Notes: generated by a model from the letters alone, not told the origin. Counted from the first letter of the stretch, positions 36,026-46,490 are shown. The stretch is 64,000 bases of DNA from Spirochaetia bacterium (GCA_963675665.1 OY776510.1:320001-384000), one strand, 5' to 3'. Program-made: numbers and translations.

Positions 36026-37567
36026 ATGAATACCCATTTCGCTCTTGAAAATCCGATAGAAGTTCTTACCGGTAAAAAAAGGTCGGAACTTACCAGAGAC
36101 GATCTTATCAATATTATCAATAAAAAACAGATCGAACGAATTACGTTTCACTACACTGCCATAGACGGCAGGGTGAAAGAACTCAGGCTGCCGATTACCG
36201 GCCATGAGCAGGCTGAAATAATTCTGGCTGAGGGAGAACGCGTCGACGGCTCTTCGCTTTTCAAGGGAGTTGTGGACGCCGGTAAATCCGATCTTTACGT
36301 AATTCCCGTTTATAAATCCGCTTTCATAAACCCCTTTGATCAGACAAGCCTGGATTTTATCTGCCGGTTCGTCACAGGCGACGGCGAACTTGCTCCGTTT
36401 GCACCGGACAATCTGCTCTCTATTACTCACCAGATACTGAAAGAAGAATTCGACGTGGAATTCAACGCGCTTGGAGAACTTGAGTTTTATCTTATCGGGA
36501 ACCAGGATGTTAATCTTTACCCGCTGCCGAACCAGAAGGGCTATCACGGAAGCAGCCCCTACGTTAAAACAACCGACATTGTAAACGAAATGCTCCGGGT
36601 TATGACCAATATTACAAGCGAAATAAAGTATGCACATAATGAAGTGGGACTCATCAACCGGCTTGAGAGCGACAACCCCCTTCTCAACGGCAAGCTTGCC
36701 GAGCAGGTTGAGATTGAGTTTCTTCCCGCCCCGATTGAAGATGCTGCTGATGTAGTTGTTCTCGGCAAGTGGCTGTGCCAGAGCATTGCGAACCAGTACG
36801 GACTGATTGCCACTTTTTATCCGAAGATTCAGATAGGAGATGCCGGAAGCGGGCTCCATTTTCACACAATGCTGAGAAGAAACAATAAGAACATAATGCT
36901 GAATGCCGATCAGGAACTTTCCGAGGAAGCGCTGAAACTTATAGGCGGGTTATGCAGATACGCGCCTACGCTTTCGGCATTCGGTAATATGACCGCAGGT
37001 TCTTTTCTCAGACTGGTTCCTCACCAGGAAGCGCCGACAAAGGTCTGCTGGGGATATTCAAACCGCAGCGCCCTGATAAGGGTACCGCTGGGCTGGCGCA
37101 ATCTTGACAACCTTGCAATGAAGGTCAATCCGCAGCAGAGACTGAAGGCTGATATCAAGGACAGCCGGCAGACCGTCGAGTTACGAAGCGCCGACGGAAG
37201 CGCAAATACCCACCTGCTGCTTGCCGCCATGACTACCGCCGTGCTATGGGCCTTCCGCAATCCCGAAGAATCCCTTAAACTGGCGAAGAAAAACTTTGTT
37301 GCGGGAAATATTCACAGCGATCCTGAAATGGAAAAGAAACTTATCGATATTGCGACCAGCTGCGTTGAAACGTCTGAAACCCTTAATGAGCACCGGTCCT
37401 ATTACGAAGAAGACGGATATTTTACCGAAACACTAATCAACAAGGTTATAGAACTGCTCGAGGCCGAAAACGACAGGGGTCTTAATAAAAAAATAATATC
37501 ACTGCCGCCGGAAGACGGCAGGATGCTGGCTGAAGACTTTATAAAAAAAGGATTCAGCAAGTATTAA
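36026..37567 (+). CDS. glnA: Glutamine synthetase family protein (GSI-like)
   Basis: Motifs DGSS, GELEFY, HNEVG, EIEF, GSGLHFH, EAPT, NRSALIRVP, ELRSADGSAN. Start at MNTHF; the ORF-track extension to 35717 overlaps deoB antisense. Confidence 0.82.
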   Translation: MNTHFALENPIEVLTGKKRSELTRDDLINIINKKQIERITFHYTAIDGRVKELRLPITGHEQAEIILAEGERVDGSSLFKGVVDAGKSDLYVIPVYKSAFINPFDQTSLDFICRFVTGDGELAPFAPDNLLSITHQILKEEFDVEFNALGELEFYLIGNQDVNLYPLPNQKGYHGSSPYVKTTDIVNEMLRVMTNITSEIKYAHNEVGLINRLESDNPLLNGKLAEQVEIEFLPAPIEDAADVVVLGKWLCQSIANQYGLIATFYPKIQIGDAGSGLHFHTMLRRNNKNIMLNADQELSEEALKLIGGLCRYAPTLSAFGNMTAGSFLRLVPHQEAPTKVCWGYSNRSALIRVPLGWRNLDNLAMKVNPQQRLKADIKDSRQTVELRSADGSANTHLLLAAMTTAVLWAFRNPEESLKLAKKNFVAGNIHSDPEMEKKLIDIATSCVETSETLNEHRSYYEEDGYFTETLINKVIELLEAENDRGLNKKIISLPPEDGRMLAEDFIKKGFSKY

Positions 37568-38791
37568 TCAGCGTAACGGCACCTCAATTTCAATATCGCT
37601 CAGCGGATACGAAGAACACGTATGGATATACCCGAATTTTTTGTCGGCTGCCCTGCGCCCGTCGGTATTTTCAGGAATAAAAACGTCGCCGCTGATGAGA
37701 CGGCTGCGACAGAACCCGCATTCGCCGCTTCTGCACCTCGAAGGCGCCTTTACGCCGCCGCGTTCAAGAGAGGTCAGCAGACTCTCGGTTGCTGCCGCTT
37801 CAAGCTGATACGTTTCCCCGTTTATATGGACCTTCAAATTGAATGTTTTACTTTCATAACCGGCCGGATATTTTTCGTCCGCAGAGACGTTATCCGCCTC
37901 TCCGAATAATTCTCTCCGGATAAATTTCTTCTGAATCTGCATTTGAACAAGCTCTTTTTCAACAAAATTGTACATCGCCTGCGGACCGCACATAAATACC
38001 GAGAACGGTTTATCCGAATGCGCATATCTGCTTATCAGTTCCCTGGTTATAAAGCCTGTCTCAACGTTACCGCCCGGGTTCTCATCCGAAATAACATTAA
38101 TCAGCTGGATTTTGCCGTCGGTTCTTTTCATCAGTTCGTCAAATTCATTCCGGAAGATAATATCCTTTTCGCGGCGATTTCCGAACAGAACAATCAGATT
38201 AAAATCCTCAGTTCCCTCCGCTATCGCTCTTGCCATTGCCCGAAAGGGCGTGATTCCGCATCCGCCGGCAATTCCTATAACCGTATCGGAATCGCGCAGA
38301 GATTCATAATAAAAATCGCCTTCGGGGCCGGAAACTTCAACACCGGTCCCTTTTTTCCAGTTGCCCTGAATAAAAGGAGAGACAAAACCGTCGGCCTGCT
38401 TCTTAATGCTTATGATATAAAAACCTGAAAGGGCGTCTTTCGGCGAGGAGCTTATGGATACGGGACGGGTAACGAATGCGCCGTCAATCTCAAGGCTGAC
38501 GCTCAGGTACTGTCCCGCCCTGAAATACGCACATTTTTCCGTACCCTTACCGGTGTCGGGAACCAGCCTGTAGGAAATTATATCGCCGCCTTCATCAATT
38601 ACTTCGCTTACAATCATATACTGGACCTTCGGATGCAGCGACCTTGCCAGAAGATTCATCGGCAAATCAACCGTTAAAGGCGAAGCCTCTGCCGCTTCAA
38701 TCCTCTTCCTTCTTTCCGGCACCAGGTTTTTAAACGCAAGAAGATCAAGAAATCCGAAAGCTTTTACCTTTACATTCAATCTATTATCCAT
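37568..38791 (-). CDS. FAD/NAD(P)-binding ferredoxin-reductase-type oxidoreductase with C-terminal 2Fe-2S domain (PaaE/Hcr-like)
   Basis: 407 aa. Motifs FRAGQYL, RPVSISS, GFVS, AGGCGITPF, MCGP, CRSGECGFC...C. Confidence 0.88.
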   Translation of the reverse strand: MDNRLNVKVKAFGFLDLLAFKNLVPERRKRIEAAEASPLTVDLPMNLLARSLHPKVQYMIVSEVIDEGGDIISYRLVPDTGKGTEKCAYFRAGQYLSVSLEIDGAFVTRPVSISSSPKDALSGFYIISIKKQADGFVSPFIQGNWKKGTGVEVSGPEGDFYYESLRDSDTVIGIAGGCGITPFRAMARAIAEGTEDFNLIVLFGNRREKDIIFRNEFDELMKRTDGKIQLINVISDENPGGNVETGFITRELISRYAHSDKPFSVFMCGPQAMYNFVEKELVQMQIQKKFIRRELFGEADNVSADEKYPAGYESKTFNLKVHINGETYQLEAAATESLLTSLERGGVKAPSRCRSGECGFCRSRLISGDVFIPENTDGRRAADKKFGYIHTCSSYPLSDIEIEVPLR

Positions 38792-40314
38792 CAGTTTTTC
38801 TCCATTCTGTCTTTCAATGTAAGAAGCGCAGCTGTTTCCCCCGAAAGATACGAGGAGCTGTACCCGAACAATCTGAACGCAAAGCCTCCGCAGAACCTCA
38901 GCCCCTGAAGCCTGTGATCTTCATCCATCATCATCATCCGCGGAAGAAGCGAATCCCAGGAATCGGCTTCATACCCGTATATGCTTCCGTTATTCGCCCC
39001 GGTATATCGGGCAAAGGTAGCGGGACTTGCAACCGATATTTCTTCTATCGCATCCCTGATATGAATACCGGTGGTTTTTTCAAAATTATCAATTACTTCA
39101 CCGGCTATTTCGTTCTTGGTCCGATAGTACTTCTCAGCTGAAATGTCCGACCATGCGTCATCGGTGTACAGTGTGGTGAACGACATTATGGATGTTCCCG
39201 GGGGAGAACAGTCCGGGATGGCCTTGTTCAGACAGACGGTGGCCTGTATCGGTTTCTTGTCTATCTTTTTCAAATCCGAATAAAGCTTCCCGGTGTCCAT
39301 CGACGGATATATAAAGTAGCTGTAATCGGTAATACCCAGTTCCTCAGGGGTTTTGTTTAATCCCAGGTAGAGCACCCACCCCTGGGCCCCTGATCTTCGC
39401 GCGTTACCGGCCCTGATTTCTATTTCCGGGACTGCTTCTGGCGGCGTTACCATTGATGAAAAAACTACATGCCGCGGAATGTTTGCTATCACATGTTCGG
39501 TCTTAAACTCGCCCTTATCGGTCAGAACGCTCTTAACCGCCCCGTTTTGCGTGTTTATTTTTTCGGCCTTCGTATTAAACATTACAGTGCCGCCGAGCTT
39601 TTGGAATTCATCAATGAGCGCCGAAGAAATTTCATGCGAACGGAGTTTCGGGATATATGCTCCCTTATCCATGTATTTATATACCATTGCGGCGAAAATT
39701 GTAAAATTCAGCCTGCTGACGGGAAGCCCTATATAACACCAGTATGCGTTCAGTATCCTGCGCGCTTTTGCCGGAATTTTCAGTGATTTTTCAACCTGCT
39801 CAACCGAATAGGATGCCGTTTTAAGAAAATTTGGATATTCTTTCATAAGGACTTTTTTATCCGGATGCCCCTTTGACGCACCAAGATAGTTTAATCCGGC
39901 CAGAATTTCTTCCGCAAGCGCGAAAAAACTCTCAATCGACACCCTTGAGCCCGGCACCTGCTTCTCCATCTCGTCTACATACTCTTTAAGGCCGAACGGC
40001 ATTCTTACGTCAAGAATTCCTTCCGGGTCGTCGGTTGTTATCAGGCGGTAAGCCTCGGGAACGGGAACAAAATCCACCTCAATATTCAGCCTTTTAAAAA
40101 GCTCCCCTACGCCTCCCGGATTATCAGCCGAACCGACATCGCAAAGTTCATGCAGGGACGGCTCAAACTCAAAACGCCCCCTGATAAAACTGGAAGCAAA
40201 TCCTCCCGGCAAATTATGCTGTTCAACAAGAAGCGTTTTCAGACCTTTTTGAGCTGCTGTAACGGCAGCCGTAAGCCCGCCGTTACCGGCTCCCAAAACA
40301 ACTACATCATACAT
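38791..40314 (-). CDS. Phytoene-desaturase (CrtI/CrtISO/RetSat)-like FAD-dependent oxidoreductase
   Basis: Motifs DVVVLGAGNGGL, EQHNLPGG, FIRGRFEFE, SPATFARYT..NGSIYG, GLRFCGG. ATG at 40314 follows GGAG. 1-bp stop/start overlap with the reductase. Confidence 0.82.
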   Translation of the reverse strand: MYDVVVLGAGNGGLTAAVTAAQKGLKTLLVEQHNLPGGFASSFIRGRFEFEPSLHELCDVGSADNPGGVGELFKRLNIEVDFVPVPEAYRLITTDDPEGILDVRMPFGLKEYVDEMEKQVPGSRVSIESFFALAEEILAGLNYLGASKGHPDKKVLMKEYPNFLKTASYSVEQVEKSLKIPAKARRILNAYWCYIGLPVSRLNFTIFAAMVYKYMDKGAYIPKLRSHEISSALIDEFQKLGGTVMFNTKAEKINTQNGAVKSVLTDKGEFKTEHVIANIPRHVVFSSMVTPPEAVPEIEIRAGNARRSGAQGWVLYLGLNKTPEELGITDYSYFIYPSMDTGKLYSDLKKIDKKPIQATVCLNKAIPDCSPPGTSIMSFTTLYTDDAWSDISAEKYYRTKNEIAGEVIDNFEKTTGIHIRDAIEEISVASPATFARYTGANNGSIYGYEADSWDSLLPRMMMMDEDHRLQGLRFCGGFAFRLFGYSSSYLSGETAALLTLKDRMEKN

Positions 40315-40330
40315 ATTTCTCTCCAGATTT

Positions 40331-40447
40331 GTGGTATGGCCAGAGACCACTAGAACTATAAACTGTATTTCTTTATTTTGTAAAGAAAAATATTTTTATA
40401 CAAAGTTTATATTCCAATTTACCGGCTGTGGTATATAATATGTCCAC
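40331..40447. promoter_or_regulatory. Two similar 20-bp FadR-type operator candidates in the divergent promoter
   Basis: GTGGTATGGCCAGAGACCAC (40331-40350) and GTGGTATATAATATGTCCAC (40428-40447), each next to one of the two RBSs. Confidence 0.55.
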
Positions 40448-40459
40448 AAAGGAGCGCTG

Positions 40460-41182
40460 ATGAACAACAAGAATTTCAGGGAATTGAAGTCTCCCAGCCT
40501 GAAGGAATTATTTGTACAGGAAATTGAATCAATGATTATATCCGGGCAGCTGCAGACGGGCGAACGCCTTCCCCCGGAAAGGGAGCTTTCCGAAAAAATG
40601 CATGTCAGCCGCAGTGTTATAAATTCAGGCGTTTCAGAGCTTGCAGCAAAGGGATTTCTTGAAGTTGTACCCAGACAGGGGACCTTTATTTCCGATTATA
40701 AACGTAAAGGCTCTTTTGGAATTCTCTCATCAATCATGAATTATCACGGGGGCAAGCTTGACCATGAAATATTTCAGTCGCTGATGGCAATCCGCCAATT
40801 AATTGAAATAGAAAGCGCCAGCCTTGCGGCCGTCAAGAGAACGGATGAAGATCTGAAAGAACTTGAAGAGATAGTAAACAATAAAATGCTCCTGGATATC
40901 AGTAACCCCGATTATATTGCGGAACAGAATTTCCTGTTTCACTACAAAATTACCCTTGCGTCGGGGAATATCCTTTATGCGCTGTTGATGGGATCTTTCG
41001 AGCCGCTCTGTATTGAATTGATTCGGAAATATTTTCATGCCGGGGAGAATTCAGAAATATCAGTCCACAGGCATAAAAAACTGTTTAATGCGATAAAGGC
41101 CCGCGACCCTGAAAAGGCAGCACAGCAAATGAAGGAAATTCTGACGCACGGGGCTTCAATACTGTCACGTATAGCCCAATAG
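40460..41182 (+). CDS. FadR/GntR-family regulator
   Basis: 240 aa. Motifs GERLPPERELSEKMHVSRSVI and FHYKITLASGN. Confidence 0.92.
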   Translation: MNNKNFRELKSPSLKELFVQEIESMIISGQLQTGERLPPERELSEKMHVSRSVINSGVSELAAKGFLEVVPRQGTFISDYKRKGSFGILSSIMNYHGGKLDHEIFQSLMAIRQLIEIESASLAAVKRTDEDLKELEEIVNNKMLLDISNPDYIAEQNFLFHYKITLASGNILYALLMGSFEPLCIELIRKYFHAGENSEISVHRHKKLFNAIKARDPEKAAQQMKEILTHGASILSRIAQ

Positions 41183-41215
41183 TCCGTTTATGCTTCGAAC
41201 TGCTTCCGTTCTGAT

Positions 41216-42571
41216 TTAAATCACAAGCATTATCTGAACGTCGCAGACATTTGTATTTGTCGGACCTGTTACAAGGAGTCCCCCGGTCTGTCTGAAGTAA
41301 TTGTATGAATCGTTATTGTCCAGGTAATCCTGAATGCTCAGCCCGGCAGCCCTTCCGGCGGCGGCTATGTCGTCCGCGGCGAATGCTCCGGCGGCATCGG
41401 TCGGCCCGTCGTTACCGTCGGTACCGCCTGAAAGAAAATAAATCTGCGGCGTATCTTTCAGTTCATTCAGAAACGCCAGCGCCATCTCCTGATTTCGGCC
41501 GCCCAGGCCTTTACCCTTTATCGTAACGGTTGTTTCGCCGCCGCCGATTATACAGGCAGGCCGCGGAAGCATACCCTGATCTCGAAGGATGTCGCGGCCT
41601 ATACCCAGGTAGAACTTCGCCGCTTCGGATGCTTCTCCGGTTATCTGTGACGACAGGATTTTTGTGTTATAACCCAATTCAACAGCCTTGTTCTCCGCAG
41701 AGCGGAGCGCCGCGAGGTTTGTCCCGATAAGGATATTCTTTACCCGCTGAAAAACCCCGGAGCCTGATTTCGGCGTTTCCGGGACTTCACCGGCAACACC
41801 TTTTTCGATAAGTTCGCGGACGGCAGCGGGAAGACGTTCCCCGATTTTGTATTTGGAAATTATCGCGGCGGCATCGGAAAAGAAGGACCCGTCGGGCACT
41901 GTCAGGCCCGATGCTATCGAATCAAGCCTGTCGCCGATTACATCGGACAGAATCAGGTTCAGGACCTCGGCAGGGAACATTGCCTCGGCAAGCCGGCCGC
42001 CCTTGATCCCGGAGAGATGCTTTCTGATGGTATTTATTTCTGCGATTTCAGCTCCGCATTCAAGAAGCAGTTTCGTTGTCTGCTGTTTTTCATCAAGGCT
42101 GAGATTAATTCCGCCGGAAGCATAGGGTTTACACAAAAGGGCTGAGCCCCCGCCCGAGATAAGGTTGATTACAAGCGACTTTTCATCGGCGGAAGACACG
42201 AGCTTCAGAATTTCGGAGGCGGCCCGGCTGCTTTGATCATCGGGTACGGGGTGTCCGGCCTCGATTGTTTTTATATATTCCAGCCTCTCGGTATGTCCGT
42301 ATTTTACAGAGATAAGCCCGGCGGTAATCCGTTCACCAAGAATTGCCTCCAGCCCCTTTGCCATCCTGGCCGTGGCCTTGCCGGCCCCGGTTACAATTAT
42401 CCGGTTGAACGCAGACAAGTCGTATTCCGCCTTCTGATCCGGCAGAGTTACAGAAAAACGATCTCCGTCAAGCCTACACTGCTGAAGAAGCATGGCTTCC
42501 GGGTCAACCCGTCTTACCGAGGCGTTGAATATCGCCTTAAGATCCTCTCTATACTCTCTGCCTTTAGTCAT
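41216..42571 (-). CDS. Glycerate kinase type 2 (MOFRL/TtuD/GckA family)
   Basis: 451 aa. Motifs GAGKA, AGHPVPD, LISGGGSAL, RKHLSGIKGGRLA, GGETTV, GGRNQE, GTDGNDG, TGPTNTNVCD. Confidence 0.92.
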   Translation of the reverse strand: MTKGREYREDLKAIFNASVRRVDPEAMLLQQCRLDGDRFSVTLPDQKAEYDLSAFNRIIVTGAGKATARMAKGLEAILGERITAGLISVKYGHTERLEYIKTIEAGHPVPDDQSSRAASEILKLVSSADEKSLVINLISGGGSALLCKPYASGGINLSLDEKQQTTKLLLECGAEIAEINTIRKHLSGIKGGRLAEAMFPAEVLNLILSDVIGDRLDSIASGLTVPDGSFFSDAAAIISKYKIGERLPAAVRELIEKGVAGEVPETPKSGSGVFQRVKNILIGTNLAALRSAENKAVELGYNTKILSSQITGEASEAAKFYLGIGRDILRDQGMLPRPACIIGGGETTVTIKGKGLGGRNQEMALAFLNELKDTPQIYFLSGGTDGNDGPTDAAGAFAADDIAAAGRAAGLSIQDYLDNNDSYNYFRQTGGLLVTGPTNTNVCDVQIMLVI

Positions 42572-42603
42572 ATATTTCTCCCGTCCGTTCTGATCTTGAT
42601 ATT

Positions 42604-43962
42604 CTAGTGATACGACGGACCTATCAGCTTTTCAGGAAGCCAGGTTATAATCTCCGGAAAAACTATACAAAGTACCAGCACCAGCATGATAATAAGAACA
42701 AAAGGAATAACTCCTTTTATTATATCACCCATGGTAAGCCCCAGTTTGGGATCAGCTGTCCCTTTAAGCACAAATATCGACATGGCCATAGGCGGCGTCT
42801 GAAAAGCCATCTGAAGGTTTATACAAATCATCATTCCCGCCCACAGGGGATTAAAACCAAGCTGAGTAAGTATCGGGGAAAAAATCGGAACAATGATAAA
42901 TACAATACCTATCCATTCTATGAACATCCCAAGCAGAAATACAATAAGCATAATAACCGCAAAAGAGGCCCATTTGCCGCCGGGAACTGCAAGGATGAGC
43001 TTTGTTACAACATCTCCTGATCCGGCGCTCATAAATATTCCGACAAAAGCATAACATAAAGCAGCTATTATAACAACAAAGGAACTTACCCTAAGGGTTT
43101 CGATCGCGGCATGCTTAATAAGGCTCCAGCTGAATTTCCTGTATATTATCGCCAGAATAACTGCTGCAAGACTTCCTACAGCGGCAGCCTCGGTAGGAGG
43201 CGCCATTCCTGAAAAAATTGTACCCAAAACAGCAATAATCAGGGCAACCGGAGGAACAAGGGATTTCATAAGTTTTACGAATTTGGCCATAGAAAACGGA
43301 GTTATTTCACTTTCAGACATTGCAGGTCCCGCTTCCGGCTGCAGACGGCACCTTATTGCAATATATGCAACATAGAGCGCCGAAAGCAGCAGTCCGGGGA
43401 AAATAGCGCCCATGAACATCTGGCCGATCGAAAGCCCGGCCTGGGGTCCGTAGACTACAAGCATTATACTCGGAGGAATAAGAATCCCCAGGGTTCCGGA
43501 GGCTACTATGGTACCTGCTGCAAGCGGCTTGTTATATCCGCGTGTTATCATGGGACCTAACGCTATAAGCGTAAGTATGGTAACGGAAGCCGCAATTACC
43601 CCCAGGCAAGCAGCAAGGATAGTCCCGAATATAACGGTAACTATGGCAAGTCCGCCCTTAAGACCTCCGAGCGATTCGTACAGACTTTCATACAGCGTTT
43701 TCGTTATTCCCGAATGCTGGAGTATTACCCCCATAAAAGTGAACAGAGGTACCGCCAGATAAGGATAATTAAGCGAAAGGCCGTAAAAACGGCTGTAAAG
43801 AATGTGAAAAGTTGTTTCAGGCCCGAAAACGAGAAATCCGACAATGAACGAAACACTTCCGATTACAAAAGCGATGGGGAAACCGGTTAAGACCAGTGCA
43901 AAAACTCCCCCGAGCATTAAAAAGGTTACGAGTTCTGCGCTTATATCAATCAATTTTCTCAC
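42604..43962 (-). CDS. dctM: TRAP transporter large permease
   Basis: Motifs LAVPLFTFMG, SGTLGILIPPSI, PTEAAAVG, FQTPP. Confidence 0.92.
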   Translation of the reverse strand: MRKLIDISAELVTFLMLGGVFALVLTGFPIAFVIGSVSFIVGFLVFGPETTFHILYSRFYGLSLNYPYLAVPLFTFMGVILQHSGITKTLYESLYESLGGLKGGLAIVTVIFGTILAACLGVIAASVTILTLIALGPMITRGYNKPLAAGTIVASGTLGILIPPSIMLVVYGPQAGLSIGQMFMGAIFPGLLLSALYVAYIAIRCRLQPEAGPAMSESEITPFSMAKFVKLMKSLVPPVALIIAVLGTIFSGMAPPTEAAAVGSLAAVILAIIYRKFSWSLIKHAAIETLRVSSFVVIIAALCYAFVGIFMSAGSGDVVTKLILAVPGGKWASFAVIMLIVFLLGMFIEWIGIVFIIVPIFSPILTQLGFNPLWAGMMICINLQMAFQTPPMAMSIFVLKGTADPKLGLTMGDIIKGVIPFVLIIMLVLVLCIVFPEIITWLPEKLIGPSYH

Positions 43963-44464
43963 CCCTTATCAAAAAATAAAAATCTCGAATAAATTTAGCC
44001 AATCCCTGCAGAATCAGCATCAACAACCCCAGGGCGAATATAATTCTGTACGGAGCCGCCGGAGGATACCAGAAGCTGTTGAACATCACCTCATTAACCA
44101 TCACAGCCTTTACAGACCACTTCACCGCAAGCTTAAACATGATGATCATCAGCGGAAAAAACAGAATCAATGAACAGATTACATCCATAAGTGCCTGTTT
44201 TCTCTCAGACAGCTGGCTGTAGATAAGATCAACTCTGGTATGAGAATCTTTCAGATAAGTGTATGAGGCTCCGAGCAGATACAGGGCGCCTCCGGCCATA
44301 CAGAGGCTGTCATAGGCCCAGATTGTAGGAGCGTTAAAGAAATGTCTGGATATGGTTTCGTACGATCCTATCAGAACAAGGAGCACAGCAAACCACTTAC
44401 CCACCTGCCCGGCTTTTTCACTTATCATATCAATCGTTTTTATCAATATTCTTAAAAAGGTCAT
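43946..44464 (-). CDS. dctQ: TRAP transporter small permease
   Basis: 172 aa, 4 TM. Motifs RHFFNAPTIWA and HTRVDLIY. Confidence 0.9.
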   Translation of the reverse strand: MTFLRILIKTIDMISEKAGQVGKWFAVLLVLIGSYETISRHFFNAPTIWAYDSLCMAGGALYLLGASYTYLKDSHTRVDLIYSQLSERKQALMDVICSLILFFPLMIIMFKLAVKWSVKAVMVNEVMFNSFWYPPAAPYRIIFALGLLMLILQGLAKFIRDFYFLIRGEKID

Positions 44465-44534
44465 GCTATGACTCCTTATAAAACAGGCCCCCGCTGCCGT
44501 TTTGACAGTAGGGACCCGTATTAAAAATAGTTAA

Positions 44535-45608
44535 TTAATGAACTGCGTCGTATGCTTCACCATATTCTTTCATCGACTGGTAGATTTTGCCGAAAATAGG
44601 ATCTTCCGTAGCAGACTTCTCTTTATAGAAGGCTGCAGCTTCTGCTGTAAGAGCTTCTTCAATGTCGGACGGTACCTTGTATACTTCTACACCCGCTCCC
44701 CTGAATTTCTCAATAGCGTTTACTGATTCATAAACAAGGTATTCATGCTGGGCCTGGGTCCATCTGTCTATTTCACTCTGAACAATTTCCTTCAGATCAT
44801 CCGGAAGTTCATTCCATGCGTCCTTGTTAACAAAGAACACCTGCGGATCACTGGGAGCTCTTGTCGGTGAGATGTAAAGATAAGGCGCTACTTCATTAAA
44901 ATGCATGTTCCAGTTTGTCGCCAGGGTTGAGTATTCAAAGGCGTCGATAGTACCACGCTGCATGGCTTCATAACATTCGCTGCCCGGGATTATAACGGTT
45001 GCCGCACCCATTCTCTTAAGTACTTCACCTCCGTCGCCCATACATCTTGCCTTAAGACCTTTAATATCCGCAAGACTTTCAAGCTTGACTTTGGAATGAA
45101 AGAAAACTTCTTCCGGGAGCGGAGACAGCGCTCCGGGGAACGTGATTACATCATAGCCTTCCATCATTTCATTCATCAGGTCAGCTCCGCCGCCGTAGTT
45201 GAACCAGGTTCTAAGCGATTCTCCCGGTAGTCCGCCCGGACGGGAGCTTATAAGGCCGGCTGCAGGCCATTTATCCAGATTGTACATCGGACAGGTATAA
45301 CCCATCTGAAGAACACCTTCGTTAATGGCATCAAGTTCTTTGTATGCCGGAACAATCGAACCTCCGACAAACGGTTTAACCTCAAGTCTTCCGCCGCTGG
45401 CAAGCGTGATGGCTTCACAGCATTTATCATGAAAAATCTGTGACGGATCAGTTGCCGGTCCATGTCCTGAAGATTTCCAGACAATCTTTTCAACCTTCTT
45501 TACAGGTTCATCACCTGCCGCTGCAGTTTCTTTTTCTGCACAAGAAGTCATCCCGAACACAAGAAGCACAGCAAGCAGAATTAATACAGCTTTTTGTCTT
45601 TTAAACAT
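44535..45608 (-). CDS. dctP: TRAP solute-binding lipoprotein (DctP, TakP-like branch)
   Basis: 357 aa. Lipobox-like GMTSC, then SGGRLEV, GGSIVP, KGLKAR, AMQRGTIDAFE, WNELPDDLK. Confidence 0.9.
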   Translation of the reverse strand: MFKRQKAVLILLAVLLVFGMTSCAEKETAAAGDEPVKKVEKIVWKSSGHGPATDPSQIFHDKCCEAITLASGGRLEVKPFVGGSIVPAYKELDAINEGVLQMGYTCPMYNLDKWPAAGLISSRPGGLPGESLRTWFNYGGGADLMNEMMEGYDVITFPGALSPLPEEVFFHSKVKLESLADIKGLKARCMGDGGEVLKRMGAATVIIPGSECYEAMQRGTIDAFEYSTLATNWNMHFNEVAPYLYISPTRAPSDPQVFFVNKDAWNELPDDLKEIVQSEIDRWTQAQHEYLVYESVNAIEKFRGAGVEVYKVPSDIEEALTAEAAAFYKEKSATEDPIFGKIYQSMKEYGEAYDAVH

Positions 45609-45656
45609 CTATTCCCTCCTGAATAATTAATAATGAGCTGCGGGATTTCCGCCGAC

Positions 45657-46490
45657 TCAATAATCCAAAAAAATACTGCTTCCGGTGCTGTTATGAAAAA
45701 AACTGCTGCCTTCACGTTCAAGCCTCTTCATTCCATCAACACCGGTACAGTGAGAAACTCCCAGTATTTTAATATTGTCGTTGCTGAGATATTTAATGGA
45801 CATCTCAAGGTTCTCACCAGAAGCCTCAACCAGGTGAGTTCCCCCGAGAACCGCATATACAGGCTTATCAAACTCTGCATATACAGTATCAATCATATTT
45901 TTAACCCCCGGATGAGAGCATCCAAGCAACACGACCATGCCCAGAGGAGTTTCTATTGCGATTAAAATTTCATCGTTAAAAGGATCGCTTACAAACCGGT
46001 TGTTTTTTTTCAGTTTAAAGCGGGAATTAATTGTTTCGTCTGTATTACTGCGAATAAAATCCGTAATTATAAAGATTCCGTTCCCAAGATCTGTCTTCCG
46101 GCTTTCAATAAAGCTGTGTTTGATATTTTTTTCCGTCAAATCCGCTTCAATGAAATTGTTTCCAAGGTATTCATATGAATTGTTCCGGTATCCGTATTTT
46201 TCTTCGAAAAAACCGTTTCCTAGAAAAAGTTTAAAATCATCGTTTATATCAGCCAAAGCCATCAGACCGCCGGTGTGATCATAGTGACCGTGGCTGAGTA
46301 TAACCTTCTCAACCCTTCTCAAATCCAAATTGAGCTGGGCAGCATTGTATAAAAAAGCATCAGTCTGCCCTGCATCGAACAACAGCATCGAACCATCCTT
46401 TTCGATGCAGAATGAAATGCCATGCTCGGTTTTTAACCCAAGGTGTTCACCCCGGCTGTTTTCAATCAACGTAGTAATCTTCAATGGCAT
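45657..46490 (-). CDS. Metallo-beta-lactamase-fold hydrolase (COG1237-like)
   Basis: 277 aa. Motifs EHGIS, LFDAG, LSHGHYDHTGG, GCSHPG, GGTHL, HCTG. Confidence 0.88.
   Translation of the reverse strand: MPLKITTLIENSRGEHLGLKTEHGISFCIEKDGSMLLFDAGQTDAFLYNAAQLNLDLRRVEKVILSHGHYDHTGGLMALADINDDFKLFLGNGFFEEKYGYRNNSYEYLGNNFIEADLTEKNIKHSFIESRKTDLGNGIFIITDFIRSNTDETINSRFKLKKNNRFVSDPFNDEILIAIETPLGMVVLLGCSHPGVKNMIDTVYAEFDKPVYAVLGGTHLVEASGENLEMSIKYLSNDNIKILGVSHCTGVDGMKRLEREGSSFFHNSTGSSIFLDY

Noticed and set aside
38791-40314. Carotenoid biosynthesis cluster
   Set aside because: There is no phytoene synthase, prenyltransferase or cyclase in the window.
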